A stretch of DNA of 64,000 bases from Batkoa obscura (lineage: Eukaryota), in the NCBI GenBank assembly GCA_030770535.1, contig JASVEC010000002.1:1-64000 (forward strand), in the 5' to 3' direction. The notes under the pieces were generated by a model. It ran no database searches. It was not told the origin of the DNA and worked only from the letters and a program-made list of their open reading frames with translations. Every line of letters begins with the position of its first letter. Position 1 is the first letter of the stretch. A program made the translations under genes and the position numbers. Below are positions 47,594 to 58,883 of this stretch, piece by piece.

Positions 47594-48577
47594 ATGAATC
47601 CAGCAACAATTAACAACCCATTAATCCCAACCTCTTCCAATACTATTGATATCAAGCCCAGTCCCTTTTTAGTTGATTTAGGCGAAGTTTGGTCTATTTA
47701 TGGAGAAGATCTATGTATTGAAATAGAACAAGCAATTGAAGATGATAAATATTATTCTAATAATAATAATAATAATAATTTTATAAAACCAAAGCAATAT
47801 CAATTCCTTATTCATTTTATTAGTAAATATGATACTTTAATTAAAATCGGCGTAAAATATGATATACAGGTAATAACAATAATAATAATACTATATATAT
47901 TGATCTATTTTATTTGTTTTTAAATAGTTAGATATATTATGTCGTATTAATAAACTATCTATAAAAGATCAATTAATATCTAAAAAATATTTATTAATAC
48001 CTATTAATGTTAATTTGAAATTAAAACAAATGGTTTATGAATATCCCAATTATTTTTATAATTTGAATAAATTACAATTAAATACAATAATTCCTTATGA
48101 ATCCTGTATTCCGCCACCATTAGATAAAACTATTGAGCATTACAATATTGACGAAACTTCATTAAGTTCAATAGAATCAAATGAAGAGAGTAAGTTTATG
48201 TTATATTATATTATACTTATTAAATTCAATACTAATTTCTTTTATTATTAGCTTTTAATGAAACTAAACGGAATAGTTATATGAGACCAATAATTAACAT
48301 AGATAATATAATAGCAACTAAACGCAAAACAATGATAAATGAAAGTATAAATTATAAATTAAATCAACTAACTCCCTTATATGAAACTTATCAAACCATT
48401 GATAATACATTATTAGATTTATCAACTAATTGTATAATATCATCATCATCATCATTATATAATAATAATAATAATAATAATAATCAATTAAAAGAGAAAC
48501 AAAATTATACAACAAATCCAGTAGAATTAATAACTTTTTCTTCAAGAAAAGTTAAATTACCTTTACCTGAAATTTAA
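47594..48577 (+). CDS. Hypothetical protein; probably 3 exons
   Basis: Three ORF pieces linked by GT-AG introns (~47870-47927, ~48190-48251), with an upstream CCAAT box. No family recognised. Confidence 0.55.
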
Positions 48578-48692
48578 TTTATAATTTATACTATTTATTT
48601 TCTTCAATCTTCTCGTTTGTGTGTATACTCCTTTTTATTATTATACAGAAATAAAAACACAATAAATAATTAAATTTGAAAAAAATTTATTT

Positions 48693-49956
48693 TCATAATT
48701 CATCTTTATCTTCTTCATTTTCATTAGGTACTCGTAACACTTGCATCCCAGATGGATAAATAGCTGAAGCAGTGAATTCGGATAATACTAAGGCCGCTTG
48801 ATAACCTCCATAAGCAGCAGAGATACCCACATCAATTAAAATGACTCTACCTTCACATCGAGTTCTAATTTTACCATTCGATTGGACTGTATGACCCACC
48901 ACCATTCTTTTAACTCCTAATTTTTTTAATGCTGATTTTAATACATTACATATTTCAGTTTCAGTTTCTAATGCATAACCCCGATACCAAGCTGGACCAT
49001 CACCACCAAATAATTCCACATTCCATAATTCATTAGGTGTTTTTTCACTTAATTCTTTTTTAGTGATTATATTTAAAGCAGTATTACCATATTCAGCAAA
49101 GGTGGGATGAATCCTAAATAAAAAATAAAAAATAAAAATAAAAATAAAAATAAAAATAAAAATAAAAATAAAAAATGATAATATATATATGCTTAAACTA
49201 TACTAGAATACTATATTATTATTATTAATTCTATTAAAACCTTACCCACCATGACAAAATATAGTATCTTCAATTTTAGCTGTTAAATTTAAACCTCTTA
49301 AATACCGTCCAATCCAACCTTTTTCTGTAAACATTAATTTACGTTGAGTTAAATCACCAAACGTTTGAATATCTTCTTCAGTAACATATCGATAATCTTC
49401 CATCAAATTCATTAATTCATGATTACCAAGTAAGGGAACTACCTAATAAAAAGAAAATAAATAAGCTTATTTTTAGCTGAAAGATTCATTATATTGTTGA
49501 TTGATATTCAAAAAAGTAGATTTATCTAAAAACTTACTAGACCACCTTCAATTTCAGCTTCTTTTCTAAGTCGTTTTAATAACTTGTATAATTTGATTGT
49601 ATCTGGTCCTCGATCAACTACATCTCCCTATAAAATTAAAAAATTATTAATTTTAAACTTTTATTGCTTTATTTCAATTAGTAATATATAATAATACTCT
49701 TCTTTTTCTCTATCATTTCTCTCCTTTTAATTTTACCTTCTCAAAAATAAAAACTTACCGTTTGTACTAAAGTAGTGGTATTCTTTCCTTTCCATTTATT
49801 ATTTTGATCAATAACATCCACCATTTTTAATACTTTAATAGCTTGACTATAATCCCCATGTAAATCACCAATAGCTATCATCCTTGGTCTTTCCCATTTA
49901 CAAATAATACTATGAAGCCAAAAATTTAATGTTAATATTATTAAATTGAATCGCAT
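48693..49956 (-). CDS. Shewanella-like PPP metallophosphatase with signal peptide and C-terminal KDEL; 4 exons
   Basis: GDLHGD, GDVVDRG, LLGNHE, HGG, GPAWYRG, MVVGHT and IDVGIS motifs; ends EEDKDEL*. Confidence 0.88.
49116..49175. repeat. Intronic (TAAAAA)n hexamer tandem repeat
   Basis: About 10 AAAAAT units. On the minus strand they form the T-rich 3' end of the last intron of the phosphatase gene. Confidence 0.85.
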
Positions 49957-50366
49957 TTTATAATTTAATAAAGAAGCTTGAAAAATAATTTCATTTCAAT
50001 GTTTCAATATTTCAATATTTTGATGTTTCAATTTGTTAATTTTATATATAAAATATGTAAGGATTAAAAAATAAAAACTTAAAAATGAAAGAGTTACAAA
50101 GTTATCAAATATAAACAAAAAAGTAATAATTATTTAATAGTTTATATTATTTTGAATAAAAAAATAAATTTAAATACAAAGAATAGAATAGTTCTTATTT
50201 TTTACATTGAATATCCAAGTCCTTAAATTTTTTCTCCAAAAAAATCAAATAAAGTCGTTTTGAATTTTTCTATCATTACTTGACTGTTTCCTTTTCTTGA
50301 AATTGATACTTAAATTTATGCCCATTTTTGGAATTGAAACTCAATAAATCTTAATATACAGATGAT

Positions 50367-52398
50367 TTATTCCTCTGCCAATGCTCTTTCTTTACTATCA
50401 ATAATTAAAGGTCCTAATTCTTTAGTCAATACTGCTTTTTTAAGGAAAGGATGTTGCAATAATTCTTTTGTGTTAGGTCTTTCAGCAGGTTCTACTTCTA
50501 AGCACCAATTTAAAAATTGTTTTAAACTATTAGATAAATTTTCTGGTTCTTCCAATTTAGGAGTACCAATAGTAGCTATTAAATACAATGCTCTTAATGG
50601 GTTTTCCTTTAAATAAGGCGGTTCTCCCTCTATCATTTCAATAATCATTATACCTAATGACCATATATCAACTTTAGGTCCATATTCTTTACGTGTAACT
50701 ATTTCTGGGGCCATCCAATAAGGTGTACCTACCATAGTTACTCGTCGATTTTCATCTTCATTTAATTGTGCACAAAATCCGAAATCCGTAATTTTAACAT
50801 CTCCATTAAATGATAATAATATATTATCACTTTTAATATCTCGATGTATAATACTATGAGAATGTAAATGATCTAAACCTTTTAATACCTAAATAAATAT
50901 TAAAATTAATATAATTGTTAATTTTTATATAATAATATAAATTTACTTCTTGACTAATAGTAGCTATTTGACTTTCTGTAATAATAGTATTAGTAACTAC
51001 TTCAGTTAAAGATCCTCCTTCCATATATTCCATAACTACCCAAAGGTCCCCTTTCCATAGATAGCCATCAATAAAATTGACAATGTTAGGATGTTTTGCT
51101 GATTTCATTACTGAAATTTCATTAACAATTAATTCTTTCTTAGGTTGTTGTAATATATTGATTTGTTTTAATGCTAATGGATTATCAGGTTCTTTTGTAT
51201 GATATGCAATAAATACACCGCCCGATGCTCCTTGTCCAATTTTACGATGTCCTTCATAAACTTTATAGGGGTCTTGATAGTGACAGAATAATTTTAAGCG
51301 CTCCATAACATCATGAATAGAGGATCGTCGTTGCGTTGATGGTCTTGGCATAGGTTTAGGTGGTATTTCTCCAAGCGAATCATGAGTTATATTATCTAAA
51401 TGATCAATTTCATTACGTGGAGTAAGTGAAGATTCCATTGGTAAAGATTGTGAAGTAGGATCTAATAAATTAATATTAATATCAAATTAATATTATACAT
51501 ATATTATAATAAAATATATTACCACTATGTGCTATAGATACTTGAGAATTAGTTGAAGGAGCAAGTGTACTTGCATCTGATTTCCTTGGTTGATTTTTTT
51601 CTTCCCTTAACGAATCTCTTAATTCTTGACGAGTTAACGATAACTAAGATAAAAAAATATTAATATTTTTTCTTTTTATTCAAACAAATTAAATAGTATT
51701 CTTACTTTTCCAGTATTAAATTTCTTCTCATTATTATTATTATTATTATTACTATCTTCAAACCGATCCCATTTACCATCTTTTTGTCCTTGATTATAAA
51801 ATTCCATTACATCAATAACTGCCTGTTTTATTATAGTAAAAAAAATTAAGTTAATTCATAAACCTCAATTAATAAAATAGTTCAAAATTACCTGAGGGTG
51901 AGCAGCTTGTTCTGTTTGTGTAATACCCGATGTTTTAAGTATTTGTTTCCATTCTTGAGGTAAACCCTAATAATCATGAAAATTAATATGTCTATTACCT
52001 TTTAAAAATTAAATTAAATTTACCAAAAATTCCCCAGTTTCATTATCATAACCTACATGAGTAATATGTCTTGTATTAAATGGTAAAGAAATTTGTTGTT
52101 TTCTTTGTGGTTGAGGTGGACTATTATTAGCATTAAATTTACCTATTTAAAAGATAAAATATTGATTAATATCTTTATTTAGCTCTTAAAAGTTAAACTA
52201 AAACATACCCGAGACCGATGAAAAAAATTGTGAAAATTTATGTGATAAAGAAGAACGATTTCCAGCTTTACTTTCTTGTAAATTTAAATTACTAAGTTTT
52301 TTGTTTAATTTTTGCATCCCATTAGTATTTGGACTAACTTGATTGTTTTTTAAATTAGCTACACTTTTACTTTTCGTTAAACTTGAATTATTTTCCAT
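50367..52398 (-). CDS. STE20: PAK/STE20-family kinase with CRIB domain; about 7 exons
   Basis: CRIB motif [16 protein letters not shown]. Kinase motifs [34 protein letters not shown] and [11 protein letters not shown]. No PH domain seen. Confidence 0.9.
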
Positions 52399-54013
52399 CT
52401 TTTCTTTGAATCTGAATTTGAATTTTATTTGTTATTTTATTTTTATATTTCAAATACTTATTCTTCTACAACTATTCTTTCCAATTATAAATACCTTCGA
52501 TTTCAATTGCTATATTATATCGTGCTAATCTCTCTTCCTTTTTTAATAAATATTGCTACTGCTGTTACTTCTATGCTACTTCAATTGGTAAACAAAGTAT
52601 TTAAAACTAGAAACTTTTGATAATAAAAAAGAGAAAAATAAAAAGTTCTCAAAGAGGTGCAATAACCAAGAAGATTAGGGTGTATCTTTCTGTTGAGTGG
52701 TGATGGTAATGTATTTCGATTTTTATTGGTCAATTTTACTTATACTTTCAAATTAATTGGCTAGCTTGAAATAGCCTGATTCGGTGGGTAATTAAAATTT
52801 AGAAATATGTTGTTGGCTTGATTTAGTAAAAAGGCAAGTAAATTTTTAATAAAATAATAATAAATTGAAGTAATTTATTAACTATTTATTAAACTGTTGA
52901 AGTTCAATTTTTGTTAATTTTGTTTTCTTTCAATTAAATAAGGTTGAAATAATACAAGTTAGTTAAACCCTATATTGAAGCTTTATTTGAAAGCTAGAAT
53001 GATATTAATTAAATATCGAAAAACAATTTTTGTATTTTGAGTGATTTCATGTAAAAAATTCAAGGCTTTAATCAAAGTTAAGTTAGAATTTATTGGATTT
53101 TCATGCTTTTAATTTAAATGAGATTAAACTTAGATGTTTCATATTTATTTTTAATTTTTTTTTATAAAGCAATTATTAAAATAAACATTTGCTTTTAGGA
53201 TCAAAACAAGTATGAAATAAACTAAACAAATTAAAAAACTTATTGGTTGAATTTTTTTAATTAATTGCACTTGTTTCTTTATTTAAATATGTTAATATCA
53301 GTAAAACTAGTAATTTGATTGTATTTAGCAACTATTCAATATTGATCTTATTATTTCTAAATAAATATTATTATATTATGTATTATTTCAGTATTAAATG
53401 TTACAATGGTTTCATGTTATTTAGAATAAGAACTAATCAAAATCTAAGGCTCTATTTTATCCTGATTTTGAATTATTTATATAAAAGTTGTATTAAGGTC
53501 TAATTAATACAAAATCTTATCTGTAATATTAGCTAGGCTTTTAAGCTTTACAAGGTGTATTAATAAAGTACATCTAAATAATACATTCTAACTGAATCCT
53601 TTTCTATTAATGAAAATAGTTTATATTTTCAAATTTTGATGAGTTTTGTTCTTTTTATCAACTTAAAATTTAAAAAATTTATAGATAAATCCTTAGAAGT
53701 AAAAAACGTCAATACTTTAACTATTAAGCTTATTAAATAAAAAAGCTTAAAAAAGTACTCTGTAAATACATTCAAGTTCAATAAAAGGGAAAAAATAATA
53801 ATCGATATAATATGATAATTGTTTTTTTAACATAAATTATTATGTACATTATATAAAATACTATATTGTTATCATTAATAAAACCAGAGCTAACAAAAAA
53901 CCATTTGTCACATCTAATTGGCTATTCAATACATCAAAAATTAAACTCAAATAAAATTTTATTCTTACTCTTTAATCCAAATAATAATATAATAATATAG
54001 AAACAACTTCAAT

Positions 54014-55382
54014 ATGTCTAACTTAAGACCCCTTTTTAGAAACATGCCAAGAACCAATATATATCTATCAACAACGTCTACTTCTAAATATAAAATAAGA
54101 CTTAATTCAACTAAGTTTATTCCAATCCGAAATTTAACCATAACAGCTTCTAGTTTACATAGTACTTCATTCTCAAATTCAACAAACCCAGTTTCCACTC
54201 CAATAAACATCCAACAAGAATACATAAGTATCTCATTTTATAAATTTGTCAACTTACCACAATTAAAGTTATCTCAATTACGAACCCAATTACTTAAAGA
54301 TTTAGTTCAATTACAAGTGAGTGGAAGAATCTATATAGCTACTGAAGGTATTAATGCCCAATTTTCATGTCCTAAAAAACGACTAAAAGAAATTGAAAAT
54401 TACTTTAAATCTGGTATAAAAATGGGGGATAAAAACTTATTTGGAGAAGATGTTACTTTTAATATTTCGACTTTAAATGAAAAAGGATTTTCAAAATTAC
54501 ATGTTAGAGTTAAAAAACAGGTAAGTGGAAATTTCATAAAGTAGATTCAGATGGATGAACTAATTGGGATTTCAATTTATTAGATCGTTGCTACGGATAT
54601 TTCACCAGAAGAATACAATATTGAAGATCAACCTACTTATTTAGACGCTGAAAAGTGGCATAAAGAGTTGACTGAAATATCTGAAAAAAAAGATAAATTT
54701 TATCTATTTGATGTTAGAAATCGATATGAGAGGTAATTTAACTCATCTTCAATCATTTTTAACTTTAATCCAACGAGTTAATAGTGATATTGGTCATTTT
54801 GAAGGAGCGATCCTCCATGATGTAGTTACATTTCGAGAGGGTATGGATAAGTTAATCGAAGATACCCAAGGCTTACAAAAAAAGCCAATTTATATGTATT
54901 GCACTGGTGGTATTCGATGTTCTAAAGCAGGTTCTATATTAAAATCAAAAGGGTTTAAAGATGTTAGAATGCTAAAAGGAGGTATTACAGCTTATGGGAA
55001 TTATATTAGACAATTGAAAGAAAAGATAGAGGAAGAATTAGTAAGTGATAAGGAAGATAAAAAACAAGTGAAATCTTTGTTCCGTGGTCAAAACTTCACA
55101 TTTGATAAACGAAGAGGAGAGCCCATTTCAGAAGAAATTATAAGTAAATGTCATCAATGTGGTACTCCTACCAGTAATTATACGAATTGTATTAATATTG
55201 TTTGTAATTTATTATTTTTACAATGTGATGCTTGTAAGATTAAACATAAAGGTACTTGTGGTTGTGAAAGCTGTAAAGAACCCATACTTACTAGGGAAGA
55301 TAATATTGAGAGGAAAAGTGCCGTACACCACCATACTATTAGAGTTAGACCTGAGTTGGTTATTGGGAAGATTGTACCTTAG
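54014..55382 (+). CDS. TrhO/YceA (UPF0176)-like rhodanese-domain protein with N-terminal mitochondrial-like presequence; 3 exons
   Basis: ISFYKF, GRIYIATEGINAQ, DVRNRYE.DIGHFEGA, YCTGGIRC, LKGGI..Y, NFTFDKR and a C-terminal Cys cluster. Exons 54014-54520, 54584-54732, 54785-55382. Confidence 0.88.
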
Positions 55383-55738
55383 TTTATAGTAGAGGAATAA
55401 TAGATATAGAATGTTTAAAATTGTAAAAGTTAATTAGTACATTTGTTTTTGTGTTTTAAAATTAGAATTAAAATAATAGAATTTAATAATATTATTATTA
55501 TTTATTTTATAGTTCATTATTTTTTGCTTTTGAAAATAAAACAAAATCTCTTAATTAATCACTATAAATAAGCAATATGATTTAAACACAATTTTATGAT
55601 TTAAAAAAAGTAAGGAGGAACCAAAATTTCATCCAATATCTTGCCCATATGCTATTAAGTTTTGAGACTAAAGTAGATTTACAAAATAAACTATAAATGA
55701 GGTTTTATTATAATTATTGTTTTTTTGTTGTATAAAAA

Positions 55739-57048
55739 ATGATTAGTAATATTCAAAATAACATAATAGAAGAAGGTGCCTTATTAAACTATGAGCAAGA
55801 TGAAGAAGAAGTAGAGCCAATGTCTTTCAGACATAGCCCTCTTCCTTATATTACCTACTACCTAAAAAGTCTAATAAAACGAAGTACTTTATTGTTCATC
55901 ATTCTCTTACTCTTTTCTTTATTAAGCGATCAACTTATACGTAAACTCAGTTTTCCTCCCAGAATGGACAATAATTCTTATGACAAGGACCTTGGCTTAT
56001 TAAAAAATATTCCTGAACTTAATCAAACAAATCATTACAAAATGGATTTTCATTTACACACTTCATATTCAGATGGTAGTATGACTCCAGAACAAGTAGT
56101 AGATTGGGCCTTTCTGAACGGTTATAACATTATTGTAATTACAGATCATAATGAATTACATGGGGCTTTGATAGCTGAAAAATATGCTTTAAAAAAATAC
56201 AAAAATAGTTTAATTGTTATTCCTGGCGTTGAGTATACGTAAGTTATTCATTAATATTAACTTAATTATAGTATATTTATTTCTATATTAATAGTAACTG
56301 TCGAGTGCACATGAATTTAATCAATATACGAAAACTATCTAATTTATATGGGGCTTATCCAAGTGACGAAGAGATACAAACTATTATTAAACAAACACAC
56401 AAAAATGGCGGAATAGCAATTCTAAATCATATACCATGGAGTCATCACATACAATTTGGTAAAACCAATTCTAGATTATCTCAACATCCCAGTGTAACTC
56501 AAGCAATTAAATGGGGCATTGATGGTATAGAAATTATTAATGAAAATATATACGATCAATACACTTTGAATTTTCTTAATAAAAATAATCAACAATTATT
56601 AAAAGTAACAGGTACCGATTTACATAACCCTGGTTCTGCTTACGCTTGGTCATTATTACCTAAGACAGTTCCATTGACTACAAAAGGCGTTATGAATTAT
56701 CTCAAAAATAAAACAAATACTATAGATCATATCTTTTATCCTATAGGCACCCCAACCATTGTGCATCCCAAATTCAATCCAAAACATGCATATGTAATCC
56801 CATTAATGATTTTAGCTAATGTATTCGGTTCTTTTTTTACACTGGATCAAGGTATGTATTCTTTTCATGGGAGTTTTTGTCATCAAGAAACATTAACAGT
56901 CCATTACTTTTCTATATTTGTATTCTACTTATTTTTATATCTTTGTTTATTAATCATTGATGGTTTCTCTTTATTATTTAAATGGGTGATGCCAAGGAAT
57001 AATAACTTCAGGTATGCTCTGTTAAGACAATACTCTAGGTCCCCTTAA
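55739..57048 (+). CDS. Membrane-anchored PHP-domain phosphoesterase; 2 exons
   Basis: DFHLHTSYSDG, ITDHN, IPGVEY, HMN, NHIPW, GIE and TGTDLH metal-binding motifs, with TM segments on both sides. Intron 56239-56294. Confidence 0.85.
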
Positions 57049-57833
57049 GTTGAAGTTTTTTTAATAAACTTAAGTTTCATTTTCTTGAATATAAATTATT
57101 ATTATTATTACAACCTAATTTAAAATTAAAATTATTCACAGCTAGGGGAGCTGGCAATTTCAACTGCATATAATGACTTAATTATAGCCAGAAAGTGGCA
57201 GTGCTTTAATTATTGAAATGAAATAAAATCGTAAGGATATCCTTTATATTAAATTGTTCAAAAAGAAAGCTACTTTATAAGTTAAAATTTAATAATAAAT
57301 TACTTGGCTGAATAATGTAAATCAACTCTTGGATTTAAAATTCGGTCATTATTAATTTTAAATTTTAAATGAAAATAATATATATATTTTATTAAGCATT
57401 TCAAATTATATAATACTTTTAGATGTTTTAGGACCCTCTGATTTCTATTATTCTTCTATTCTATCTACTACAATAAAATGAACAATAAGCAATTGACCAG
57501 TTATGAAATCACATTGAATTAAAGATAGGAAGTTTTGTGTCAAAATGATATTAAGGTGATTCAATGAGTTGATTTTTATCTATTTTATAAAAGGCATTAA
57601 AATTTACTAAAAAATTAACTGAAAAATTAGGCGAATTTGTTTGATGAAGGCGAAATTAAGTCATAATTAACAAAAATCATTAGCTAGCTATGTTTTAAAC
57701 CGCATTAAATCAAATTTTCCTCGATGGAAAAATGGGGGGTATATAAGCTCAACATAAGTATTAGTTTTATTTTTTATACATTCACTTAATTTAATATTTT
57801 AATTCCAACTATCACTATTAGGTTACTATAAAA

Positions 57834-58718
57834 ATGATGAAGTTACCTTTCACCCGAATCATCAACTTACTATGCTTCATTCTGATCATTATTGTTAATG
57901 CTTTAGGTTTCTTTTTACCTTTAGGTAATCGTTACTTTTATGATCAAATCGACTCAGCTTTAGCCCCTCATTACTGGTCCATCGTTATTTGGGCTTTAAT
58001 TTATTTTACCATGTTTCTTTTTATCGTATATCAATTGACTCCATTTACCTATATTTATGACTATATTAACTATGGGATCTCTCCATTATTTTGGGTTCAA
58101 ACTTTAGCTAATGTAGGTTGGGTATTTTCTTATGCTTATGCCCCACCAGAACTAGCTTGGATTCAATTGATCTTTATTTATTTATTATTCTTATCTCTTG
58201 CCCTTATGTATAGTTCAGTTACTAAGTATATCAAGAGAGATTTAGCAACCAGAGAAAACTCGGACCATCATTACTTTTTCAATTTCTTTTTTGGTAGATT
58301 CTGGCTTTCGGTCTATTTCGGTTGGGTTTCAGTATCAGTAATTTATTACTCTTTTGCTATTCTTGCAGATCTTAGTGAATATTCATACCGTAATGCTTCT
58401 ATTGTTTTTGGCGCTCTAGGTTTGATGGCTCTTATCTTATTAGCTCTTAACCGTGATGTAGTATATGGTTTAACTGTCGTATGGGCAGCTATTTGGATTG
58501 CTTTGAATTATAGTTATACTAACCAAGATAACGGAAGCCCACAATGGCCCGTATTCCTTAGTGCTTTAATTGTTGGTGCTATTATACTATTAGCCTGTAT
58601 CATTACATTTATTATCAATTTGTTCTTTTCTTTGGGACGCTCTGTACATAGAAGAAAACATTATGCTGATTCAGCTACTACAGGTTTACGTGAACCAGTT
58701 CCAGTCCATGTAGCATAA
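57834..58718 (+). CDS. Multi-pass membrane protein, TspO-like/DUF1774-like
   Basis: About 8 TM helices with LAP..WSIVIWALIY, N.GW.F, S.Y.GW and D.VYGL.VVWA patterns. Confidence 0.65.
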   Translation: MMKLPFTRIINLLCFILIIIVNALGFFLPLGNRYFYDQIDSALAPHYWSIVIWALIYFTMFLFIVYQLTPFTYIYDYINYGISPLFWVQTLANVGWVFSYAYAPPELAWIQLIFIYLLFLSLALMYSSVTKYIKRDLATRENSDHHYFFNFFFGRFWLSVYFGWVSVSVIYYSFAILADLSEYSYRNASIVFGALGLMALILLALNRDVVYGLTVVWAAIWIALNYSYTNQDNGSPQWPVFLSALIVGAIILLACIITFIINLFFSLGRSVHRRKHYADSATTGLREPVPVHVA

Positions 58719-58883
58719 AGTCAAGAAGACAAATTAACCATTACTTGTATAATAATATAGCTCATTAAAAATTTAATAAATATATTTTAAATATAGTTTT
58801 GTTTAATAATAGCAATAGTTTAATATATATACTAATAATGACACGAATTAAAAAGCAGCTTTATTAAAATTAATGAGTTTTAT

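Noticed and set aside
57140..57206. GC-richer patch starting CTAGGGGAGC, reminiscent of a TPP riboswitch 5' end
   Set aside because: It lacks the CUGAGA and downstream conserved core, and no thiamine gene is nearby.
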